A stretch of DNA of 64,000 nt from Styela clava (GCF_964204865.1 NC_135255.1:7502001-7566000); one strand, 5' to 3'. Counted from the first letter of the stretch, positions 13,425 to 26,354 are shown. Numbers and translations: made by a program. The notes: a model not told the origin generated them from the letters alone.

Positions 13425-16400
13425 TTTCTTGCTCGGTTCACCTATTCGTTTCAACAAATTTCGTCTACTGAGTCTTAATTATTACTCAATATACCAAAAT
13501 ATTGGTGAGTGCTATGAGTCATTCTCATGTAATTTACGACATTTAAATTGAGGTTATTTAAAAACCTTCACATTTTTTCGTAAAAACTCCAAACCGCAGT
13601 ATTGTACTGAAGTAATAAACAAATAAACACTTCTGATTATTTTCAGGTTTGAAATGTTGGACATGCGTGAACGCAAAATCGAATCGACAATGCAATAAGA
13701 TAGGATATTGGAGAACATGCGATGCACAAGAGGTATGAACGAAGTTGAGTTCAGGTTTACTTTATTTGACCAGGAATGAATAGCAAAATTGTCCCGATTA
13801 GGAATAGTTTTCTATATTTGACAGTCAAACGTTTTGTATTTTCTGTTTCTAATATTACCAGATAGGTCAATTTAGCAATAAAAATATTCTTGTAATTAAT
13901 GTGTAATTAAAACTGAAGAACGGATGACTAAATGAGTGAATTCAAAACGTGGGAATAATGATATTGCAATAAATTTTGCACCCGCCGTGCATGATGATGA
14001 AATTCATTTCATATAAAAATAACTTTAATATTAATCGCAACATCGCCCCGGGGCCGGCAATTGAGAACACGTCAAGCTGGTCGCTGTCGGATATAAATGT
14101 CGTGAAAAAAATGTAAAATATATGATGATTTTGACAAAATTTCGTGTTGCGTGTAGTTTTGTATGGGCAAATCGATGAATATGATATTGAATGACATGGA
14201 AATATAAACTATACTACGTGTTTGATTAATATGAGAAAAATGCTGCGACATGTTTGACAACTTTTGATATTTGTATCCAATGATATTCTTTTCTTCAAAA
14301 TTGATTTATACCACCTGATTGAATTTTCCGGGAAATCGAACTTTGGTCGTTTCAACTGTCACGCATTAATTTGGATAAATATCTTTATTTTCAAAAGAGC
14401 ACGCGAAGAGCCACCGACGATTAAAGCCATCAATCATGTTAATGCTTGGCTCTTTGTGGTAGCTATGTGATTTTGTAGAAAAAAAATAATGAACAAACAT
14501 TTACTCACGGCAAAAGCTTAATACGTTCTGTTTGCTCAAAATCAGGTATCGGAACGAATGAATTGATTCAAATTGAATCACGCCTGCAAACTCAAAATCA
14601 AACTGCGCAAGTTTTTTTTTGAAGCAGGTGGCAACGTCCGTTCGCCTTTTTTTATTTTGAAAAAATACAAAGAGTAACTATGATAATCATTTACATGACA
14701 TCGCTGTCTTGACTTATTGCCCTATTTATCAATTTATCATTTAAAACCGTTCATATTCAACATATTGAGATCATTGAATAACTTTATTCAGATATATTGT
14801 CACAATGAAGTTCAAGTAAGAAATGGAGTCAGAGGACGTGTCACGAAAAGATGTGCGCAGGGCCCAGCATGCAACCAGGTACCTTGGGAAATAAGTTAAC
14901 TATTGTATAAATTTATGTTTATTCTGAAAAATCTTCTAGGAATAGACATATTTATATATATCAATTAACCGCTTGTAATTTAATTCATGGCATGTTAGTC
15001 GTTCTTTGATGGTTTTGGCAAACAGGATGATACGTGACAGACTACCCATTTTTTTATCTTTTAAACAGAAAACAACGTTGAAACATTCCTAAAAAGTGCA
15101 TAAAAAGTCCTGGGTAATTTGGTATTCTTCAAAAAAAAAATTATCACCATTGTTCGAATTGATATTGGACATAACAGGAAAAGAAATACTGGAAGACATA
15201 CAGATACTATTAATTTCATTCATATGAAAATTATATATCATGGCGAATGGACTACTGAAAAAAATCATATTGATATTTTAGTAATTATTTTTCTTATATT
15301 TGAAAATTTATTATATATATGAACAAACTTTCAATCATCAGAATGCTGAAAATGCAACAGAAACAAGGTGTAATGGGAACCCTAGAAAATCGGCAGCTTG
15401 TAGTTGTTGCTGTAATCAAGATAATTGCAATGCACCACTGTTTAGATGCGGTGGGGGTGAGTTTGCAATTTTCTTATAAGCCTAGTTTGTTGGCCTGGTA
15501 CATAGCCCAGTTGAGTATTCTGCCACACTAGCTTCGTGAATTTGTAATCCTGCTTATAGAAACCACGGCCATATTTGAACCACACATTAATCTCGTGTGT
15601 TCGAATTAAATCTTTGTCTTTATTGTATGAATATTCAATCAAGTTGAATCGTGTACCACATGGCAAAATAATGATATTTTTATAAAGCCTTTTAGCCAAA
15701 TACGAATCCTAAACGTATTAAAATTTTGTCGATATGTATAATCTATGATTCTATGTATATTATTTGGTTACGGATAACTAAAAAGATATAGATATTTATA
15801 CCAAATTCTTCACACAACTTCAAGATCAGTCATACAATAGTTTTACAGTGTTTAACTTAATCAAACGTCGTGAGACGTGGCTCAGCATCCGTTTGTGTCC
15901 ATCATGATGGTTTAGCTTACATACGAAAATTCATATATCAAAATATTCAACTATAAGATCCCCACCGATTTTCCACAAGGCCAAAATATTTCATACTGTA
16001 GAAGCTAAAGTAAAATAATTTACTGTATTCAAAAAACTTTTCAGTTGAAATGTGCAAAAAGCCTCGTTATATTCAAAACGGAGAAATATCGTGTCCGAAG
16101 AAGATTAATATAGGAACCGTATGCAAGTTGAGATGTCAAAGAGGATTCATTCCAAACAGAAATAATGTTATAAAATGCCAACATACTCCAGGAAATAAAC
16201 CAGAAAGAGCGTTTACAAATCTATTGGGCTTGAAATGTATACGTAAACAACCACGATGCCCCTCGCTGAAAAACACAATTGTGCCGAGAGGCACTTTTAG
16301 TTGTAAAAACGTTCGACCACATATTAGGAAATTTATGAAAAATTTTCAAGGTACAACTTGTACTTTTAAATGCAATAGCAATGCATTTATGTCTGGAAAT

Positions 16401-17915
16401 CCTAGTCTTGTTTGTAATGCTGGACATTGGAGTCATGGAATTCCTAGATGTATTGTAGGGAGATGTCCAGCTCCACAAAAGGAAGAACTCACCTTCAGAC
16501 AATGCACCGCTGGAAACAAATTTGGAAGTATGTGTAGCTATACATGCGCAATCGGACTAAAAATAATAGGCGATTCAATTTCAGTATGTGGACCAACTAC
16601 CAATGATCCTTCGAGAGGAGAATGGGACAATGGGATTCCAAAATGTAAGATTGTACAATGCCCATCTCACGTATCAGTGAGCAATGGAGAAGCGCTACTG
16701 ACAAATGACAACTTTGAAGGTAGTGTTTGTATCTTCTCTTGTAAACCTGGATTTGATTTAGTAGGAACTCCATTCATTGAACTTGAAAGCGTATGTGAAG
16801 ACGACGGAACAGGTGTTGGAAAATGGAGTGAGCCAGCACCTACATGTTCCCAAATTACTTGTGATCCGGTTTTCAAAGCCCCAGAAAATGGAGCTGTGTT
16901 TTGTACTGATGACAACAAGTGGGGGAGCGCTTGTACATTCAGATGCAACTCTGGGTATGATTTGGGTGACACGTACTCTAACAGCATAAGATGCTTTTGT
17001 GAAGAAGGTAGAAATAGAGATAGCATTGGAGAATGGAGTCGAAAACCTCCAACCTGTACTGCCATCAAATGCCCGTCTGTAAGAAAGGCCCCTATCAACG
17101 GTTATGTTACTTGCACAAACGCAAATTTTGCAGAAAGTGTCTGTACTTTCAGGTGCAAACCAGGCTTCGACTTGGATATGACACCAAAAAAGACTTTTAC
17201 AAATCGTTGTGTTGACAGGGGATACGGAACAGCCACTGGCGAATGGGACAATTTTGAGCCTGGCTGTAGACGTAGAATATCTTGTTTACAAAAACACGAG
17301 TTTTTAGCAAATGGAAACGTGGAATGCACAAATGGTAATTTGGTGGGTAGCGCATGCAAATTTACTTGTTATAAAGGTTATCGATTGGTAGGTAGAGTAT
17401 ATTCAAATTGTGTCGAACTTTTGGCTGATGGAGATGATATTGCAGAGTGGACTAGCAAACCACCACGATGTGAGGCCAGTCACTGTCCATTTCAATGGTA
17501 CGACAAAGATCTTGTGATGGAAGATTGCGTTGGCAGAAAGACTAATCGTAAATCGTTTCACCTTCTTGGAACAAAGTGTCATTATACTTGCAAACGTCCG
17601 GGATATTATCCAGCCATGGCTAGCAATAAATTTGTGCAAGCTAGAACTACTGTGGCCACTTGTCTCAGTTCTTTAAGTTGGAGTACAAGACCTCCGAGAT
17701 GTTTTGTGAAAAAGTGCCCTCATATTCCAACACCGAAACATGGCTATGTACCGGACTGTTCAAATGCAAACAACTTCGGCTCAAGATGTGAATTTTGGTG
17801 CAAATATCCGCATAAAATATCTCATAAATCTAAATTATTATGTGTCAGCAAAGGCAGAAATGGAAGGCTGGGCAGATGGAATAAACCACCGCCAACATGC
17901 GATTCTGTGAAATAA
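13425..17915 (+). CDS. Probably secreted protein: N-terminal Ly6/uPAR (three-finger) domain + 9 six-cysteine sushi/CCP modules (selectin/SRPX-type)
   Basis: Phase-compatible exons 13647-13732 (LKCWTCVNAKSNRQCNKIGYWRTCDAQE), 14792-14878 (IYCHNEVQ...KRCAQGPACNQ), 15342-15456 (...CSCCCNQDNCN, the LU C-terminal CCxxxxCN signature) and 16045-17915 (nine C..C..C.F.C..G.....C....W...P.C repeats, stop, no TM segment). The 5' exons 13425-13504 and possibly 12492-12516 are less certain. Confidence 0.88.
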
Positions 17916-18523
17916 GATTCAAGATTATTTATAGCGCATAAAGCATGGTATTTTCAAATAGGAAAAATCAGTTCCAGTCGATGGAGTAACGCGAAATCAT
18001 AATTGACTAAACAGAGTGTTATCCATACACACCTGTTGGCGTAAAAAACACTGTATTAGATGGCAAATTTATGACTTTTTGTCAAAATACACTTCATTTA
18101 CTTACAATTCAGACAAAGAATCACTTTGTAACAAATTTTAACCTTTTTTAACGACGAGAACTATATATAAAAGAACTTTGAAAAAAGAAAGAAAATTTCA
18201 GGTTCAGCCTTTAAACATTGGCACGTTCATATAAAGGCATGCCATAATTTTTGTGTTTGAAAACGAATTTGCAAAAAGGATACTTTATTGAGCATGATAT
18301 ATTTAAAGATAAATATAATATTCTTCATTGATATGCATCTACTATCTGAAAGTCTGACGACTATAATACTGAAGAGTGACTGAGAATTGAGCAATAGGCA
18401 TACATGATCTCAAGGGGAGTTTCTCCAGAAAACAAACACAATGGTGATTTTTTTCTACTCAGATGCGTGGCAGTCGTTTAGTTTCCACTTACACTGGAAA
18501 GAGTAAAACGACAATCATTCAAA

Positions 18524-19632
18524 TAGAGTTGGATCATTTGTAATTGATGTAATTAATTACAGTTTTTCATGTAATTGAGGCATTTTCATTCTGTGTAATT
18601 GTAAATGTAATTTGCTAAAATTTTTGCTCACTTACACTTTCAATTAGACCAGGAATCACCAAACCACGGTATCCTTTCATCTGGCCCGCAATAACACGAA
18701 AAAGGGCGATATATTTTTTCAAGGGGCGTTTTCCGGGAATCGCCTTCCTTTTTTATTTCGTAACATTAGCCAATCAGCAGGACGCGAAAAATTGACCTAA
18801 CAATATGCCTTTCCGCATCCGTTAGGACACTCAGACAGATTTTCAGTCGTGGTTGTAAACAATACCTCATTTTGCGATTTCGAATGCTATTCGTTAGATT
18901 GCATTTTGACAAAAACCCATTTAATGTATTGGAAGAAGAAATCATAAGAATTTCCCAGGCTTGCTTCTTTAGCCAAGCATTATTTGGGACTAACAGCAAC
19001 ATCAGCCCCGTCAGATAGAGTTCTTTCAATTGTGGGTAACTTTTATACGGCAAGAGTAAATTTATTGGGGTCAGAAACTTTTCGTAGCCTAATTTTACAT
19101 CAAGTGCAATCAAACAGTTTTTGAGCAAGAGAAACTGTGAATATGAACCAAAATGTTGTGGACAGGTTAGTGGACACAATGATCGTTTTGACCAAAACTT
19201 TTGGTATTTTGTGTTGTTGTCCTTTGACATAGTTATTATTGAAAAGTCGCATTTATCTTCGATTACTGGACCTGATGCTCTGAAATTTTCAGTGGTTGAA
19301 GATGGAATTTGTTTCTAGAAGGCTATTACTTTTATTTCTAAATTTCGTATGAAATCTGATATTTCGTCCAAGATTTCGCTGTATTATTTTATCCATAGGA
19401 ACACTGGCTGTCTGGTTTGATTCTTGCTACGCTAAACTCGGAATTTTTTTGATGGTATCGGTAGCGTCAAGGGTAAGGACTGCTTCGCTCTGTGTAACGT
19501 GTTCATATATTTGAGCATTGCTTTGTTGTAATTGTAATTTTATATTTTTTGCACGGAGTAATTGTAATGTAATTGAAAAATTTAAGGGAATAATTGTAAT
19601 TGAACTGAATTAATGCAATTGATCCAACTCTG
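18524..19632. mobile_element. Non-autonomous hAT-type DNA transposon with internal non-transposase coding relic
   Basis: TAGAGTTGGATCA...TGATCCAACTCTG TIRs, TGTAAT subterminal repeats, perfect 8-bp TSD cattcaaa. Confidence 0.85.
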
Positions 19633-20443
19633 CATTCAAAACATATATATATACTATTATAAGTGGGCAACTTAATTCATCAAACTCATAACTCTACCAA
19701 AGTTGCATAGAATCAGTGTGTATGACAACATGTGAGTAACACTTATGCAACATCTAGTATCAGCTACTAGTGCGTATGTTTCATTCATGTGTTTTTTGAA
19801 CGGATAAACTTGCTGGCCAAGTTGGTAGGAGTACACCACCAAGTTTAATGTTTATATTTTGATAGAATATTTTCTAGAATTCGCTTCTCAATAATAAATA
19901 GTCTTCCGATTGTGTTCTAGTATTTTGCAAATGAAATCGTAATGCTACAGCTTCTCAGTTGAATCAAAAATACAAAATTTATTTACGTTTATGTTAGGTT
20001 CACTGCTTTTGACATGTTAGGTAGATCATAATACGCAATGTTGGAGAAATCCATAATAACCCAGATTCTCTGTATTATTTCTTATGGCTTGAGATATAGA
20101 AATATCGATTGAAGTAAATACTCTACTGAGAAGAAAATATTTCCTTTTCCTTCTCAATCGAGCTGTTCAAATATCTTGGAATTGTTTAACTTTACTTTTT
20201 GATACTAAAATGAAACCACTTGGTGGACAAATACGCCTTTATTTTAAAGATTCTATTTTTAAATGTTTACCCGATGCAGCCACTAGCACTAACAATAGCC
20301 TAGCAAGAACATATTCGGAAAAAAGTTGACGAGTCCAGATTTGAGAAACTGGACTTATTCGAGATTCAAATTCAAAAACGAATTTTCGGAAAGAATGTAG
20401 GCTACATTTATTTGGAGAAAGTTAGAATCAGTAGGCCTACTTG

Positions 20444-20773
20444 TGTCATAGTCTGATGATGTTGCTACCGTGGTTGTAGATGAATCAGAAGACTCAAAGA
20501 TTCCGGATTGGTGGTTTATTGAACAGCAACTCACAATTTATAACTTAAAACAGCATAACAGATTACATCACTAAAGAACTGAAAACACGTCCGGCCGCCG
20601 GCCCAGCGACCGGAGAAAAGGGATCGAAAAACAGTTTTTTTCTCATGTGTAGTGAGTGGTCGGAGTCCAAATCCAACAAATCAGCATTAAACAAGGGTCA
20701 GCATAACTGTCAATGAATATAAATATATATACATATACACAAAATATGAACACGGACACTTTAGTCCGCGACA
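20444..20773 (-). mobile_element. Solo LTR (Gypsy-like, 330 bp)
   Basis: TGTC...GACA termini; perfect 4-bp TSD CTTG; AATAAA on the minus strand; related to 837-1148. Confidence 0.8.
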
Positions 20774-20781
20774 CTTGGTAT

Positions 20782-22761
20782 TAGGCCGCGAGCAGAGGCC
20801 CTGAAAAACGCCTAGAAAGTGAGTTTCGTAGCGCACATCAGGTAACTACCTGAAAATGATTTTAAAATGTTCCTTAAAAATTTAGTAACAAATATTGCCT
20901 TGTTCCCACTTCCAAAAGTTGCACGTTTCACGGAAAAGACGCTTTTACTACAAGAAATATGTGCTACGATCTGTCCTATATTCTCGGCAATGAACAATGA
21001 CTTCTTCATGACGTAACAATTGAATCGAATCAGCTGTCAGCGAGCGGATGAATATTAGTTATTACTGCTCGACCTTGCGTTGAGTTGGGCAGCCTTTCCA
21101 TAGCCCTGTTTATTAGTTAAGTTATGCTAAGACGTTGTTGAAAAATGTATAAGTAAGTTATTAAACACTTGTAGATCCCTACCACGGATATGGGCCGTGA
21201 GACGAAGCCTTGAAAACGCTCAGAAAGTGAGTTTCGTAGCGCACATCTGGTAACTAAATAAATTCTTCAGTTTTGTGTGAAAATGAACATACTGAACGCA
21301 TTGGGCTACAGCTTGTTCCACAATTCTGATGCGAAATTGAATATAAGAGGTTCCCGGAAATTCAATAACCATAAGTCTACAACACATACATAAGAACTAG
21401 GCAATTCGAGAGCCCTACAGCACACTAACACAAATGTATTCCTGTAATGTTTGGCCTGACCAAAATCGGACTTCCTCAGTCAATCATAATTTATTAGGTA
21501 GGTTACGAAAAATATGGCATACATGTAACCAATAACAAAAAATACTTTAATTGTGTGACAGGAGTCGCGAGTGACCTCGAAAGCAGCGACACCAACAACG
21601 CTGATTCACATTAGCGAATAAATTTTATATAATAACCACAAGCAGTTTACAACATGAACAGCATAAAACACTACATCCATTTTATAGAAGCTATCAAACG
21701 TATTTATTTTAAAGCAATGAGGTCACAAATCAACATCGTGAGCACGAAAACACAAATAAATCAGTTATTTCTCACTTAGAAATTTACCGGAAAAGTCAAG
21801 AAAATTAAATGAATGTACAATATGTACATAACATAGTGAACAGAAATATTACAATTAGTTTTTTTTTAGTTTATGTGGTTATGTATTTGAACAAAGACAA
21901 TATTATTTCTAGAAACAGGACTACGACACTAACAAATGTCCGAAAAACAAAACAAATAAATGATACTTATTAAATCAACTGCAATATCTAATTCACTTTC
22001 TTCTGAATTGTTTTCGAAATCTACTATCTCGAAAATCGACTTTTCCTCTATAAGTGTACTGTGATTTTTGCAGTCAATACAAAAACAAAAATCTGTGCAA
22101 TTTAGGTTGATTTTGGCACACTTGCATAAATTATTTTTGACTATTTTTCTTACACTTGCAGTTTGCCAACTCAAGAACTGATTTGAGGGCCACATGCTTC
22201 TTCAGTGAATCATTGTTGGGTAGAAAGAGTATAATCCTTATGTTTGCCAGTGTTAAATAGACGTGCCCTGGTATCATTTACAATCTTCATATCCTCTTCA
22301 TACAGTGAACAAACAAATTCCTCAGCTTTATTCATTAATGCCTCGTTAACCGCAAAAGATCTTCATAGTTGAGAAAAAATGAATTGAAAACCTCAATGAA
22401 GTCTCCAACATGAGTTTGATGGGCAGTTCCAATTGCAGGAATGTGCTAAAGTATTTCGATATGAATAGCTCATCTAAGCTGTTTGCAACTATTATAATTC
22501 TCATATACCTTCACGCTTCAAGACTTCTTGTTTAATCCATTTTATAGCACTAATAGCTGCAGGGATTAGAGCCTGCGTTAGGATTAACGCACATATTTAT
22601 TGTAGTAAAAGCGTCTTTTCTGTAAAACGTGCAACTTTTGAAAGTGGGAACAAGGCAATATTTGTTACTAAATTTCTAAGAAACATTTTAAAATCATTTT
22701 CAGGTAGTTACCTTATGTGCGCTACGAAACTGAAAGATAAATGGCCTCGGCTCGCGGCCTA
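20782..22761 (-). mobile_element. Academ-type DNA transposon, internally deleted
   Basis: TAG...CTA termini with ~180-bp TIRs (20782-20964 / 22589-22761). Minus-strand relic reads FSQL*RSF..AEEFVCSLY..VNDTRARLF..LPNNDSLKKHV then CKC..NCTDFCFCIDCKN (22390-22060), resembling the C-terminal XPG-adjacent and Cys-cluster region of Academ proteins. TSD imperfect (tat/taa). Confidence 0.72.
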
Positions 22762-24103
22762 TAAGTGTTCTACTCGAAACCACTTTTTCCGCAAAACTAG
22801 CATTTGTACAATTGCTCGCTTTTACAAACTTAATCGCCAAAATATCAAAATAGTTGGTGTTCCCAATAATTCATTCTGGCCAAATTTGGTTCTCGCAAAA
22901 CTAAATCCCGACGTTAACCCGCTGCGGTTGCTGCAGAGACGTATTCCTCCAAACAATCTATTTAGATTTCATACAATAAAATACTCCTGCAGTACGAGCG
23001 CGGCAGCTCATAGTTGTGATCAGTCGCATCAACGAGTTTGGGGCAGTGGCGGAACAGCATTTTTGTTCTGTTGTATGATTAGCTAATGCTAGTATAAAAA
23101 AGTTCATGACTCAGCTTGAAGCAGGTAAAACGAATCCATTTCTCGCAAAAATGACAAAAAATACAACTATCGTAATCTGCGATAGTAGCAAACTTGACAT
23201 TTTTAAAAAGTTTGATTTTGAATATATAAGTTAGGATAAAAGGATCAAGCGACAGAAGCGACTAAGGCGAATTAATGCAATGCTGAGAGATCAATGAGCA
23301 TTGGACTGAGTGTCACACCGCAAATGATGTACGCCAAGTGAAGTGTATCCATAAAGACGTGCAGATGCGGTTCATTAACCAATGTTCACCCACTCAATCG
23401 GTAAATAGCCACTGGCAACATCTGACTGAAAACGCGGGCTGGCTGCGAGGATAGGTTGCGATGAAGTTCTCTCCATAATAATTAGGAGCCCCCAATTAAT
23501 CAATCTCAATAAAAAGGAAATGCTAGTACAATGTTTCCGCCACATACCGGTATAAACGCAATAAAACTTAACTGTCTAACGTACTACCTAAACCAGGCGT
23601 GGTATCGGTCAGTTAAGTTGTATTAGGCCTTTGTTAGAAGTAGGCAGTTTTTAGTAGTTGGTTTCTTATTTTACTTTAATGTTTGATACAAAACGAGGCC
23701 AGACTCGAAATAGAGGTACAGTGGTGGCTAAGTATGCTTACTATGAAATTAAACGAGTGTTATATTTGCAAAAAGTTAGGGAAGGAAACCGAGCGAATGG
23801 TCACGGATTACATGCTCACTTATGCGTGATAAAGTAGCAACTGATCAAAAGGATGCGCCGGCGATAACAAAACGCGAACCGTCAATCTGCAAATGCTCTA
23901 TTGACCCAGTTTTAAACGTTGATGCAATGTAAAACGTTACAGTAGTAAAAAGCAGCATGCGAGGATTCGAGACCTCGGTTGGACTAGAAATCTTTGAAAC
24001 ATATTTAATCTTGTATTGATAAATATTTTTAAATTACCAGACAATAGTTTATCAAGTGTCTCATTTATTCAATTGACTGGTGTTTCCAGTTTAAGAACTT
24101 AAA

Positions 24104-25012
24104 ATGGAGGTAGAAAAACTATTTAAACGGATGAATTATTGCGGACCGATTGACCACACTAGTATTGATATTCTAAATGAGCTTTGTCTGTCATTTGTAT
24201 CAACAATACCGTATGAAACCTTGGATAATTTTGCGGAGAAGAAACGAGCAACACGACCCTATGATTTGAAAGTAACTTTCAATAGAATTGTTAATGAACA
24301 CAGGGGAGGTAATTGTCTTGAACTGAATATGATTTTGGAGTGGATGCTGGAGAAGCTTGGTTATAATGTCAGTAGATATATGGGCTATGGTTACGATGTT
24401 GAAAATGATTGCTTTGGACATGACCGTCATCATGTCATTTTATTAGTAACATTTGAAGATGGAATGACCTGGTTGACAGATGTAGGTTGGAACGGTGCTT
24501 CCTTTGTGTTGCCGTTGCTGATGCATGTACCTACTTTAGAGCAATCTCAACCTAGTGGCATTTACAAAGTTGCCAAGCACGACGATGGCTATTATGTAGT
24601 CGAAAAAAGATGGCAAAATCAAGTGGACGAGGAAAAACAGATTATCAAACACAATCAAAAAGCTAATGAAGCTTTGAGTCGATACCAAACCAGCAAGGAT
24701 TGGATGGTAATATACGGGTTTAAATTGGAAACAAAGCCAATGGAAGAATTCGAAAAGGCCTTTGTTTTGTCACAAGAAAAGCACCCATTCACGACTTCCA
24801 ACTGCCTTGCTATACTACAGGACAGATATCATAGGAGATTTATAAATGGGTATACCTATGTCAAAAAGAAATACGTTAATAGCATGATGATTCAAGTTGA
24901 GAAACGAAAATGTGAAAATAGTGAATTAATTGAAATTCTAAGGTCAGAATTCGGTATAAACCTGGGTTACAAACTCCAACCTAAAACCGATTTGCCACTC
25001 AATGTCGCATAA
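24104..25012 (+). CDS. Arylamine N-acetyltransferase (302 aa, single coding exon)
   Basis: IPYETL; RGGNCLELN (catalytic Cys); HHVILLV (His); LTDVG (Asp); ends ILRSEFGI. Confidence 0.95.
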   Translation: MEVEKLFKRMNYCGPIDHTSIDILNELCLSFVSTIPYETLDNFAEKKRATRPYDLKVTFNRIVNEHRGGNCLELNMILEWMLEKLGYNVSRYMGYGYDVENDCFGHDRHHVILLVTFEDGMTWLTDVGWNGASFVLPLLMHVPTLEQSQPSGIYKVAKHDDGYYVVEKRWQNQVDEEKQIIKHNQKANEALSRYQTSKDWMVIYGFKLETKPMEEFEKAFVLSQEKHPFTTSNCLAILQDRYHRRFINGYTYVKKKYVNSMMIQVEKRKCENSELIEILRSEFGINLGYKLQPKTDLPLNVA

Positions 25013-26060
25013 TTAAAAATAGAAACTCTTTAAATCACATTTCACGTTCATGAATTTGGTATTAATGTTTGCGTATGTTTTTCGAACAAGCTACTGCATT
25101 AAAAGGTATCACCTCATTTTATTTTGTTAATCGTTCAAATATGTTATATATATATCGTAAACTTATCTGGGTTCTGAGAGCAGTTTGAAATACATTATTA
25201 AAAAAAAAACGCGGTAATAAATATGCTAAATCTTTCCAAGTCCAGAAGATGATACATTAAGATCCAGAAGTACTGTTTTTGCAAATGGGATTGATAAATC
25301 AACTTTTTTATCATTGGTAGTGATGAAACAATTTTTAATTAAAACAAATAAGATTTTATTAAAATAGTGCACATATAGATGCGTATTAGAAGGTATTTCC
25401 ACGAGGCAATGCAGCGGATACATTCAACGAGGAAAGCATATTAATGTTTTTGTTGCCGTCGTCTATCACGCCAATTTTCATTAATATATAATTTTGATTT
25501 CACAAAACAATTGATTTCGTCTCAATTAGCTGCATAAATAGCTTCGGGTGGAGTCAGCCATATCCCGAGAAATATTTTTGTAATAAATTTAAATAAATCA
25601 TTCAGTATTTGTTGTTTTGTGTTTGTATCTACAATTTTCTATAGACAAAACCATGGCTACAGGCTATATGCTTACAAGACGCCATTATTTACGCGTGTCA
25701 TTAAATATTCAACGATAATGTTAATATCGAATTCTTCAGAAAACTTATTAAGTTCTAAACAGGTAACATAAACATTGAGTCAAGCATGTTCAGTGAAGTG
25801 AATCCTTCACAAAAAGTGGCTTAACTTGAAAATGAAAGATCCCCCCAGTCGCAATGGTAATTGCCAAGCGTTAGCAACAGATGAGTCTGCTATACCAATA
25901 AAGTTCTGGCGTTTTTTATTTTTTATTTTACATTCTGCCTACCGACTATATCCTACCTATATTGATTAATCTCAGAATGATGGGTGTTAGGAATCACATG
26001 ATACGTCGTAATCCATGTTATTAGATTCCACAGCGCCGGAATAGCAGATACCAGGCTCTG

Positions 26061-26317
26061 CGGTGTGGTGCATCGTGATAAACCTTAGGAATACGCTTAA
26101 GTACGAATCCCGCGGGGATAATTATGTGCGAGAGAATTGCCGGACTCTTCGTGGTTCACGTAACCCGCTAGTCGGTTATGGCTTCCTCCAGCATCAAGTT
26201 CATGCATCTAAAAGAAATACCTGGCTAACAAATCCCATACCCAAAATATACTGGTAAACGGACCAGAGGCTTAAGGCGTATCATCGACTTTCCTTTCCTC
26301 CGGGATAAATATGTGAA
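26061..26317 (+). mobile_element. tRNA-derived SINE (internally deleted copy)
   Basis: Homologous to 32385-32720 and 50278-50554 (tatgtgcgagag.attgc.ggactc, gtcggtta.ggct, ggataaatatgt). Confidence 0.75.
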
Positions 26318-26354
26318 CGAAGAGGTAACTTTTTTGTTATGTCTTCACATAGGT

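Noticed and set aside
16221-17639. Short ORFs on both strands within the CCP exon
   Set aside because: Alternative-frame shadows of the 621-aa ORF.
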